This document shows, piece by piece, positions 10,020-17,676 of a stretch of 23,504 bases of DNA. The position numbers and the translations under genes were made by a program. The notes under the pieces were generated by a model. It did not search any database. It saw only the letters and a program-made list of their open reading frames with translations, and was not told the origin of the DNA. Origin of the DNA: Methanothrix sp. (GTDB taxonomy: Archaea > Halobacteriota > Methanosarcinia > Methanotrichales > Methanotrichaceae). Within the stretch, counting starts at the first letter, position 1; every line of letters begins with the position of its first letter. The stretch is from contig JAXGJB010000041.1 of the NCBI GenBank assembly GCA_040770465.1, forward strand, positions 1 to 23,504. The letters are read 5' to 3'.

Positions 10020-10202
10020 ATGTGCGAGCTATCAGTTTACATGAAGGGCGAGAAAGAGTGCCTGATGGAGGGGGTCGTCGTCCTCGTCACCAGAGGCGAC
10101 AAGGTCCAGATGGAGGACATCCTCGGCAGGACGAAGGAGGCAAAAGGCCGAATAGTCGAGGTGAACATCACGAGCCAGAAGGCTTTCCTGGAGCCGGCCT
10201 AG
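10020..10202 (+). CDS. cooT: CooT family nickel-binding protein
   Basis: 60 aa starting MCE (Cys2) with DILG...GRIVEVN, the typical CooT pattern. Confidence 0.82.
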   Translation: MCELSVYMKGEKECLMEGVVVLVTRGDKVQMEDILGRTKEAKGRIVEVNITSQKAFLEPA

Positions 10203-10215
10203 TTTCCGTCTGTAC

Positions 10216-10222
10216 TTTTTTT
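10216..10222 (+). terminator. Oligo-T terminator after cooT
   Basis: A run of seven T 13 nt after the stop codon. Confidence 0.5.
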
Positions 10223-10430
10223 CTGATCGATATCATCGCCTTAATTGCGGGCGATGAGATCGCTGTCATGATCGCGTGAGCCGTTTAAAGTCAGCTATGT
10301 GGTGATTGTGCCGGTGATGACCGTCGAATAACTTGAGCCCTGATTACAAATATGGCTCTTTTTGTCAGGGATCATAATCGTCGCCCGTTCAGCAAAGCCT
10401 TTATCAGCCAAAAGCTGGTCTCTTGCTCTC

Positions 10431-10982
10431 ATGAACCTTAAGTATGCGGTTTGCATGCTGCTCATCGCCGGGGCGGTTATGGCCGCCGGCTGCTTAAGCA
10501 AAGAGAGAGCTGGAGCCGAAGAGGCCGGGGTGCCCACCGAGAACCTTCCCGAGGGGTTCTCGCTCATCGCCGTCATCGACGACTCGACCCAGGGAATCGA
10601 CATGGAAGATGAGATCGCCGATTTCAGGGGAGACGAGGATATCGGCACCGTCGAGGCGACAGTGGGCAAGTACCGCTGGGGCGAGATGGGCAAAGACTAC
10701 GACGCGAGGGTTACGGTGATCGACTGCGAGAGTGAATCGAAGGCAGAAGCCGCCGTCGCAAACTACATCGCCCAGCCCAAATTCGAGAACCCACCCTTCG
10801 TTGGAGTTGATCGGTTCAGCACCGCCGTAGTAAACGGCCGCCAGGTCACCGAGATCAGGGATAAAGTCGGAAAAGAGCTGAAATACATCTACATCTGGAA
10901 CGACGGCAGCCGGGTGGTGCTGGTGGAGGGGAACGGCGACCGCGCCGAGAGCCTCCAGCTCGCCAGCGCGACGGGGCTCTGA
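10431..10982 (+). CDS. Putative lipoprotein of unknown function
   Basis: From ATG 10431: MNLKYAVCMLLIAGAVMAAGC, a signal peptide with lipobox AAGC. BRE/TATA-like gcaaagcctttatc about 25-40 nt upstream. Confidence 0.75.
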   Translation: MNLKYAVCMLLIAGAVMAAGCLSKERAGAEEAGVPTENLPEGFSLIAVIDDSTQGIDMEDEIADFRGDEDIGTVEATVGKYRWGEMGKDYDARVTVIDCESESKAEAAVANYIAQPKFENPPFVGVDRFSTAVVNGRQVTEIRDKVGKELKYIYIWNDGSRVVLVEGNGDRAESLQLASATGL

Positions 10983-11087
10983 GGGCTCCGTCCCTCCTTC
11001 TCTTTTGACCGTCTTCGATCAGTTTGTCGTACTTGATATTCGTCTTCGACCTTCTCTCTTCGGTCTTCTGTGCTCTTCCGCACGTCC

Positions 11088-12137
11088 CTATTTTATCTCC
11101 TCGTAGACGAGGGAGAGCTCCTCCCCCTCCCAGGAGTAACGGGGCGGCCTCCTCCGCCGGGTCCCGCTCTTGTCCAGGGCGTGGACGACGATAGGAAGAG
11201 CGATCGTCGCGTCGACGAAGACCTGGATCATCCTCGCCTCCTTCGCTATCTTCCCCCAGGATACCCCCTCGCTGAAGGTGCAGCCGGAGAGGCCGCCGAA
11301 GTGGGGGGAGTCGATGGTGTACTGGATGGCGTAGTTGTGGCCTCCGCGGTACCTGCCGCAGAGGTCTGCGATGACCTTCGTCTGCTGGATGAAGTTCTTG
11401 GGGACGCCTCCCCCGACGAAGACGACCCCTGTCTGAGAGGACTTCTCCGTGATCGAGCTGATCTCGTCGACGTCTTTGATCTGGTCGACGACGATCCTGT
11501 GCCCCTCCCTCCAGGCGAGGACCATCCCGATCCCGATGGAGCTGTCTGAGAGGGCGGGAACGAATATGGGAACCCCCGCCCGGCTGGCGCTGCCGAGGAT
11601 CGTATCCTCCGGCATCCTTCTGCCGAGCATCTCCATCATCTCTCGCGAGGAGTAGCTTCTGCCGAGGTCCAGGGTCTTGACGAACTCGGCGATGTACCGG
11701 TCCCCCCTCTGGAGCCCGGCCTCGGAGACGTAGACGTCGTATATCCGATCGATCCCCTCCTCTCTCAGGGTTGCGTCGTCGGCGTGAGGATCGCCCCGAT
11801 AGTGGACGACACCGAGCCCCTCGCAGAGGTCGTGAAAGAGGTTTGCACCCGTGCTCACCACGCAGTCGACCATCCTCTTTGATATCATGGTGGCTATGAG
11901 CTTCCGGAGGCCCGCCGGGACCATCGCCCCCGCGAGGCCAAAAAATATGGTGATCTCCTCCTCGGCGAGCATCCTCTCCCAGGCCTCCACCGAACGGCCG
12001 AGCTGGCCTGCCTGAAACCCGAGCTTGGCCATATCTCGCGCAAGCTCGCGGACGCTCCGATCCTCCATCCCCATGGTGGTGGCGAGCTCCTCGATCTCCT
12101 CTGAACGATCGTCGTGTTCTTTTGCCGTCATTTTCAT
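11088..12137 (-). CDS. dys: Deoxyhypusine synthase family protein (possibly SpeY-type homospermidine synthase)
   Basis: GFQAGQLG, STGANLFHD, IDRIYDV, PALSDSSIG, GGGVPKNF and GGLSGCTFSEGVSWGK, which retains the catalytic Lys. Confidence 0.9.
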   Translation of the reverse strand: MKMTAKEHDDRSEEIEELATTMGMEDRSVRELARDMAKLGFQAGQLGRSVEAWERMLAEEEITIFFGLAGAMVPAGLRKLIATMISKRMVDCVVSTGANLFHDLCEGLGVVHYRGDPHADDATLREEGIDRIYDVYVSEAGLQRGDRYIAEFVKTLDLGRSYSSREMMEMLGRRMPEDTILGSASRAGVPIFVPALSDSSIGIGMVLAWREGHRIVVDQIKDVDEISSITEKSSQTGVVFVGGGVPKNFIQQTKVIADLCGRYRGGHNYAIQYTIDSPHFGGLSGCTFSEGVSWGKIAKEARMIQVFVDATIALPIVVHALDKSGTRRRRPPRYSWEGEELSLVYEEIK

Positions 12138-12164
12138 CCCGCTCGGCGAAGGTCGTCCCCAGGA

Positions 12165-12229
12165 CTATTAAACGTTGTCACCCTCGGGCGATTTTTATAA
12201 AACAGGTCGACATCGAAGTTTTATATATA
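12165..12229. promoter_or_regulatory. Divergent promoter region for dys (-) and speA (+)
   Basis: Minus-strand tttaatag at 12172..12165, near-palindromic tttttataaaa at 12192-12202, and plus-strand cgaagttttatatata at 12214-12229. Confidence 0.55.
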
Positions 12230-12408
12230 GCGATGGCCCTCAATGCCAGGCTCAAGTTCGATTGAAGCTCCGAATCACAAACTCGGACGCGGGATCTCAG
12301 GGGTTGACGATCTTATGACGAAATTATGCGGTTATTGCTGGTCAAAGATGGAAGACGATATCAGAAGGATGCAGCTCGGTCTGGTCGGGATCTGCAGGAG
12401 GAGGATGG

Positions 12409-14286
12409 ATGTGGACGGTTGACGACTCGGTCAGCCTTTACGGCGTCGACGGCTGGGGCAACGGGTACTTCACCATAACCGAGGGGGGAAACCTCGCGGT
12501 ATCGCCCCGGAAAGAGGCGGGGGGGACCGTCGACATCATGGAGATCGTCGATGAGATCAACAGGTCGGGGAACGTCCAGTTTCCCATCCTCTTCCGGTTC
12601 CCCCAGATCCTCGAAGACCGGCTCCAGGAGATAAACGGCGCTTTTCTCGCCTCCATGAGGGAATTGGATTATCGGGGCGGGTACAGGCTCGTCTTCCCCA
12701 TGAAGGTGAACCAGAAAAAGGAGGTAGTGGAGTACATCGTCAGCGGCGGACGGGAGCTGAACGTCGGCCTGGAGGTGGGAACTAAGGCGGAGCTTCTCGC
12801 GGCCCTCTCCCTGGGCCTCGGCCCCGAGGCCCTGATCATCTGCAACGGCTACAAGGACCAGGATTACCTCAAGCTCGCCCTCAAGTTCGGCGAGACGAAC
12901 AGGATCGTCATCGTCATCGACGTATTCGAGGAGATATTCGACCTTCTCCGGTGTTCAAAAGAGCTTGGCGCAAAGCCGATCCTGGGCCTGCGGACGAAGC
13001 TATTCTCTCGGGGAAGCGGCCGGTGGGAGGAGTCTGGCGGCGAGCTATCCAAGTTCGGCCTCTCCACCGCTGAGATCCTGGAGTCGATCCGGATCCTCTC
13101 GGAGAACGGGATGATCGACCGGCTGAAGATGCTCCACTTTCACATAGGCTCTCAGATAACGGACATCCGGAAGATCAAGATCGCCATGAACGAGGCGGCA
13201 AGGATCTACGCCAAGGTGAGAAAGGTGGCCGACGTGGAGTACTTCAATGTCGGCGGCGGGCTCTCCGTCGACTACGACGGAACCCAGACCGCGACTCCGG
13301 CCAGCGCCAACTACACCCTCCAGGAGTACTCCAACGACGTCGTCTACACCCTCCAGAGGACCTGCGACGAGGAGGAGGTCCCCTGTCCCACCATAGTCTC
13401 CGAGAGCGGTCGGGCCATCGCCGCCTACCATTCATTCCTCGCCTTCAAGGTGATCGGAAAGAAGAACTCGAAGGAGGGGCTGGAAGTCACGCCTTCCGAG
13501 GACGACCCCGTCCAGATAGAGGATATGCGCCAGGCCCTGGATAATATGGACCTGGAGAACTACCCCGAGTTCTATCACGACGCCCTCCACTACCGGGAGG
13601 AGCTCTTCGACGCCTTCAACCTGGGGAACATCGGGCTTGAGGAGAGGTCGAAGGGCGACCTCCTATTCTGGAAGGTCTGCCAGAAGGTGGCCTCCTTCGC
13701 CGAGGCCGACGAGAACGACTCCGAGGAGTTTGAGAGCTTGAAGAAGCTTCTGAGCAAGAAGTACATCGGAAACTTCTCCCTCTTCCAGTCGGTCCCGGAC
13801 ATGTGGGGGGTCCAGCAGATCTTCCCCATCATGCCGCTTCACAGGCTCGGCGAGGAGCCTAAGGTGAGAGGGACGATCGCAGACATCACCTGCGACTCCG
13901 ACGGCGAGATCAGGTCCTTTGCTGGAGAGAACGCCGACTTCATAGCCCTCCACGATCTGAGAAAGGACGAGGACTACCACCTGGGCACCTTCCTTCTTGG
14001 GGCGTACCAGGACACCCTGGGAGACTTCCACAACCTTCTCGGCTGCGTCAACGAGGTTCACGTCACCGTAGAGGACGAGGACGACGGCTGGAGGATATCG
14101 AAGGTCGTTCGGGGGGATGTCTGCGAGAAGCTCCTCCGGTTCTTCAACTATGAGCCCGAAGAGCTCCTGGGCGAGGTGGCGTCGCGTTGCTGCGGCGGCG
14201 AGGCCGAAGGTGAGAGGGCTAGGGAGACTATCCAAAAGGCCCTCGGCGAGTACTCCTACTTCAAGAACAGGTACATCAGATCTTAG
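12409..14286 (+). CDS. speA: Biosynthetic arginine decarboxylase (PLP-dependent, alanine-racemase fold)
   Basis: YGVDGWGNGYF, FPMKVNQ (PLP Lys), CNGYKD, HFHIGSQI, VGGGLSVDYDG, SESGRA, DITCDSDG and GAYQDTLGDFHNL. SD aggaggagg. Confidence 0.96.
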   Translation: MWTVDDSVSLYGVDGWGNGYFTITEGGNLAVSPRKEAGGTVDIMEIVDEINRSGNVQFPILFRFPQILEDRLQEINGAFLASMRELDYRGGYRLVFPMKVNQKKEVVEYIVSGGRELNVGLEVGTKAELLAALSLGLGPEALIICNGYKDQDYLKLALKFGETNRIVIVIDVFEEIFDLLRCSKELGAKPILGLRTKLFSRGSGRWEESGGELSKFGLSTAEILESIRILSENGMIDRLKMLHFHIGSQITDIRKIKIAMNEAARIYAKVRKVADVEYFNVGGGLSVDYDGTQTATPASANYTLQEYSNDVVYTLQRTCDEEEVPCPTIVSESGRAIAAYHSFLAFKVIGKKNSKEGLEVTPSEDDPVQIEDMRQALDNMDLENYPEFYHDALHYREELFDAFNLGNIGLEERSKGDLLFWKVCQKVASFAEADENDSEEFESLKKLLSKKYIGNFSLFQSVPDMWGVQQIFPIMPLHRLGEEPKVRGTIADITCDSDGEIRSFAGENADFIALHDLRKDEDYHLGTFLLGAYQDTLGDFHNLLGCVNEVHVTVEDEDDGWRISKVVRGDVCEKLLRFFNYEPEELLGEVASRCCGGEAEGERARETIQKALGEYSYFKNRYIRS

Positions 14287-14434
14287 ACTTCGAGCCCGGG
14301 TAGACGTTCCGGGCTCGGTCGCCCTCCCACCAGGAAGCGGAAGCATACGGGTACTTGTAGGTCCTCGCCCCCCCATTCGCCGTGGACTTCACCTTCTCCG
14401 CCGTGTAGACGCTCAGGTCCATCAGTCGCGCCCT
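14276..14434 (-). pseudogene. Degenerate remnant of a small basic protein gene
   Basis: Hand translation (RARL)MDLSVYTAEKVKSTANGGARTYKYPYASASWWEGDRARNVYPGSKSKI*. A tandem 6-bp duplication gives ASAS. It resembles, from memory only, a small Methanothrix family with YxYWxASWREGxxxRNVHLGS. Confidence 0.45.
14291..14317. terminator. GC-rich hairpin just after the speA stop
   Basis: cgagcccgg-gtagacgtt-ccgggctcg, a perfect 9-bp inverted repeat. No T-tract follows, so function is uncertain. Confidence 0.35.
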
Positions 14435-14528
14435 CGGGGGTCATTGACTGGAGATGATCTGTTCCGCTCTGTTCGCTTTCGCTCAGGTAGAACTCTGCTA
14501 TTGTTCTATGGCCCGCCTGATGTTCCTC

Positions 14529-17525
14529 TCATCCTTTGCTCTTAATCTCGCGTTCAAGAGCATCGATGTTGCCTTGCACCGTCGCCGTGCGGGGGTGGTT
14601 CTCGCCCATCCGATCCCGGAATATTTTGAGAGACCGCTCGAAAAGCTCTTTAGCGCCAGCGAGGTCGCCCATGTCCTTCAGGACCCCACCGAGGTTGTTT
14701 ACATCTCTTGCCACGTTGGGATGGTCGGGGCCGAGCGTCTTCTCGTCGATCTTGAGGGCACGCTCGAAAAGCTCTTTGGCGCTAGCGAGGTCTCCCATGT
14801 CCTGCAGGACGTTACCGAGGTTGTTGGCATAATTGGCCACTTGGGGATGATCGGGACCGAGCGTCTTCTCGTCGATCTTGAGGGCACGCTCGAAAAGCTC
14901 GTTGGCACCAGCGAGGTCTCCCATGTCCTGCAGGACCATACCGAGGTTGTTGGCATAAATGGCCACTTGGGGATGGTCGGGGCCATACGCCTTCTCGCCG
15001 ATCTTGAGGGCCCGCTCGTAGAGCTCTTTAGCGCCAGCGAGGTCTCCCATGTCCTTTAGGGCTAATCCGAGGTTGTTGGCACAAGTGGCCACGTGGGGAT
15101 GGTCGGGGCCGTACACCTTCTCGCCGATCTTGAGGGCCCGCTCGTAGAGCTCTTTGGCGCCAGCGAGGTCTCCCATGTCCTGCAGGATCGTACCGAGGTT
15201 GTTGGCATAAATGGCCACTTGGGGATGGTCGGGGCCGAGAGCCTTCTCGTCGATCTTGAGGGCTCGCTCGAGATGCAATTTGGCGCCCTCGAGGTCGCCC
15301 ATGTCCTTCAGGACCATTCCGAGGTTGTTGACCCTGATGGCCACGTTTGGATGGTCGGGGCCGAGAGCCTTCTCGTCGATCTTGAGGGCTCGCTCGAGAT
15401 GCAATTTGGCGCCCTCGAGGTCGCCCATGTCCTTCAGGACCATTCCGAGGTTGTTGGCTATCGTGGCCGCGTTTGGATGGTCGGGGCCGAGAGCCTTCTC
15501 GTCGATCTTGAGGGCTCGCTCGAGATGCAATTTGGCGCCCTCGAGGTCGCCCATGTCCTTCAGGACCCCACCGAGGTTGTTGACCCTGATGGCGACGGTG
15601 GGATGGTCGGAGCCGAGGGTCTTCTCGTCGATCTTGAGGGCCCGCTCGTAGAGCTCTTTGGCGCCCTCGAGGTCGCCCATGTCTTGCAGGACCAAACCGA
15701 GGTTGTTGGTGTCTCTGGCCACGTTGGGATGGTCGGAGCCGAGGGTCTTCTCGTCGATCTTGAGGGCCCGCTCGTAGAGCTCTTTGGCGCCAGTGATGTC
15801 GCCCATGTCCTTCAGGACCCCACCGAGGTTGTTGATTATGGTGGCAACCTCCTGGTGCTCTCGCCCGTAAACAATCTCGGCGATAAGCAAAGCCCGTTCA
15901 TAAAGGGCCTCCGCCACTTTGAACTCAGCTCGCCCATTTAAGTAAAGTCCAGCTTGATTCAATAAATGCTGTGTTTCTTTCTTGGCAGCTCCGAGCCCCT
16001 CCGCATGCCCCGCCGCGGCGATGGCGTGGGGCAACAAAAGCGAGCATTCAGGCCAGGTTCGAACGTCTAGGCCCTCCTGAGGGAAGGCGTCGTTCACTAG
16101 CTGGACCGCGGCCTCGGCCCACCTTTTCCGCTCTTTCTCTGGTAATTGGTCCCGCACCACCGCCTGGACCAGCCGATGGACCGATATGGAATCGTTGGCG
16201 ACGGTCAAGAGAGAGTATCGCTTCGGTGCGGCCACAGCGCCGTCAAACTCAAGCGGAGTTTTCACCGCGGAGGCTAAAGGCTCAGGCAGGCGCTCGGCGC
16301 CCGCCACCAGAAGTGGCTTGGGTATGTTGTCTGGGGCCAGGAAAGCGCAGAGGCGGAGGAGGTCAGCGCCCGCGTCGGATTCGTCCTGGACCATCTTGAA
16401 AGAGATCTCCCAGGTGGTGGCGACGGTAGCTGGGTAAGATGAGGGGTTGCCACGTTTTAGAACCTTCGTCTGCTCTTCCTGGAACCGTTCGAGGTAGTCA
16501 GAGAGAGTTATGCCCGTCTCCTCGATGTAAGCCCCGGCCTGCTCCAGAGCCAGGGGGAGGTCTCCGAGGGCGTCAGCAAGGGCTTCGGCCCCGTCCTTCC
16601 CCCCGGTCCGTTTGCGGAGAAATTCGATGGACTCCTCTCGGCTGAAGACGTCGACGGGTAGCGTCTTTGCTGTGCCGCCCCAGTTGGACTCCCGGGAGGT
16701 GATGATCACGTGACCCCCGCTTACTTTGGGCAGGTAGTCCTTGATGTCTTCGGGGTTCTGGGCGTTATCGAAGACCAGGAGCCAGCCGTCGTTTTGCTCC
16801 AGCCAGCTCTTCACCGCCGCGATGATTACGCTCTGGTCCCGAGAGGTCTTCTCGGGGAGGTCGAGCTTCACGGCCAGACCGGCGTAATCAACGGCTAAGG
16901 TGGCGGTATCCTCGGATCGGACCCACCATATGACCTTGTAGTTGCCCATATGGCGGTACGCATACTCAAGGGCGAGCTGGGTTTTGCCGACACCGCCGAG
17001 GCCGGTGATGGCCTGATAATCGGTAACTGCTGCGCGCTCTCCCGACCTCAGGGCTTCCTGGAGCTTCTCCAAAAGGTCCACTCGGCCGGTGAAGTTGGGG
17101 TTGTGGGATAGGGGGATGTTGCGAATTGACTCAGTAGTTATAGAGGTATTTTCTTCAGTAGTTAGCCGTTTATTTTCGATACGTCTCTTATAAAGGAATT
17201 CATAAATTGCTATCAAAGCGCCAATGGTACCTATGATGGCTAATACCCAACTAAGAATATATTTGATTGAGTCAGATGTTTTAGTTGTGGTGGATTTTTC
17301 CGTCAGTGTCTCCTCAGGCGTGCTTTTGTTGGGGCTGGCTGTAGCGATAGGTTCTGGGTTTGCTGAGGTTACGTTATCTTCATTTCCAACTCCCATCTGA
17401 CCTGTGCCGCTCTCATTGCCCGTCGTTTGAGCCAGCGCGGTTGCAGCTACCGATAGCATCAGCACCGCCAGGACGATGAGCGGCTTCGATCTCGTCGAGT
17501 ATCCCTCCTGCCAAATGCCACACAT
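14529..17525 (-). CDS. Membrane-anchored STAND (NB-ARC-like) NTPase with C-terminal TPR array; FxSxx-COOH-system-TPR-like, NLR-like architecture
   Basis: Signal peptide RSKPLIVLAVLMLSVAATALA|Q, Thr/Ser/Asn-rich stalk, TM YILSWVLAIIGTIGALIAIYEFLY-KRR. Then NPNFTGR, Walker A GLGGVGKT, Walker B WLLVFDNA, sensor-1 IITSR, GDLPLAL, VHRLVQ and 42-aa TPRs. The ORF-track start 17732 overlaps the divergent gene; the real start is probably 17525 or 17495. Confidence 0.9.
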   Translation of the reverse strand: MCGIWQEGYSTRSKPLIVLAVLMLSVAATALAQTTGNESGTGQMGVGNEDNVTSANPEPIATASPNKSTPEETLTEKSTTTKTSDSIKYILSWVLAIIGTIGALIAIYEFLYKRRIENKRLTTEENTSITTESIRNIPLSHNPNFTGRVDLLEKLQEALRSGERAAVTDYQAITGLGGVGKTQLALEYAYRHMGNYKVIWWVRSEDTATLAVDYAGLAVKLDLPEKTSRDQSVIIAAVKSWLEQNDGWLLVFDNAQNPEDIKDYLPKVSGGHVIITSRESNWGGTAKTLPVDVFSREESIEFLRKRTGGKDGAEALADALGDLPLALEQAGAYIEETGITLSDYLERFQEEQTKVLKRGNPSSYPATVATTWEISFKMVQDESDAGADLLRLCAFLAPDNIPKPLLVAGAERLPEPLASAVKTPLEFDGAVAAPKRYSLLTVANDSISVHRLVQAVVRDQLPEKERKRWAEAAVQLVNDAFPQEGLDVRTWPECSLLLPHAIAAAGHAEGLGAAKKETQHLLNQAGLYLNGRAEFKVAEALYERALLIAEIVYGREHQEVATIINNLGGVLKDMGDITGAKELYERALKIDEKTLGSDHPNVARDTNNLGLVLQDMGDLEGAKELYERALKIDEKTLGSDHPTVAIRVNNLGGVLKDMGDLEGAKLHLERALKIDEKALGPDHPNAATIANNLGMVLKDMGDLEGAKLHLERALKIDEKALGPDHPNVAIRVNNLGMVLKDMGDLEGAKLHLERALKIDEKALGPDHPQVAIYANNLGTILQDMGDLAGAKELYERALKIGEKVYGPDHPHVATCANNLGLALKDMGDLAGAKELYERALKIGEKAYGPDHPQVAIYANNLGMVLQDMGDLAGANELFERALKIDEKTLGPDHPQVANYANNLGNVLQDMGDLASAKELFERALKIDEKTLGPDHPNVARDVNNLGGVLKDMGDLAGAKELFERSLKIFRDRMGENHPRTATVQGNIDALEREIKSKG
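14604..15863 (-). repeat. Ten tandem 126-bp (42-aa) TPR-coding repeats, preceded by one degenerate unit (15864-15989)
   Basis: Consensus PDHPxVAxxxNNLGxVLxDMGDLxGAKELxERALKIDEKxLG. ccgaggttgtt recurs on the plus strand at 126-nt spacing. Confidence 0.95.
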
Positions 17526-17676
17526 CTTTATGTACAAAAAGTTTCGGGAGGAAAGACGCGTCTGGACCAGAAACCTCCTTTTGGCCCGACCACTTTTATT
17601 CAGGGCATCGGCCTGACCGCGCCTCGTGAGGCCCCAGCCGGTAAGGTCTTGTATCATCGGGCCAACCCACCACCAG

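Noticed and set aside
10983-11087. CT-rich stretch with repeated tcttc and a 64-aa minus-strand ORF
   Set aside because: Best explained as a pyrimidine-rich terminator region between convergent genes. The ORF is low-complexity and overlaps the lipoprotein gene.
14604-15863. CRISPR array or diversity-generating retroelement as the cause of the periodic repeats
   Set aside because: The period is 126 nt, in frame and coding, with no unique spacers. No cas or reverse transcriptase gene is present, there is no separate template repeat, and variation is not confined to adenines.
14454-15941. Long plus-strand ORFs (14454..15059, 15093..15941 and others)
   Set aside because: Antisense shadows of the repetitive GC-rich TPR gene.
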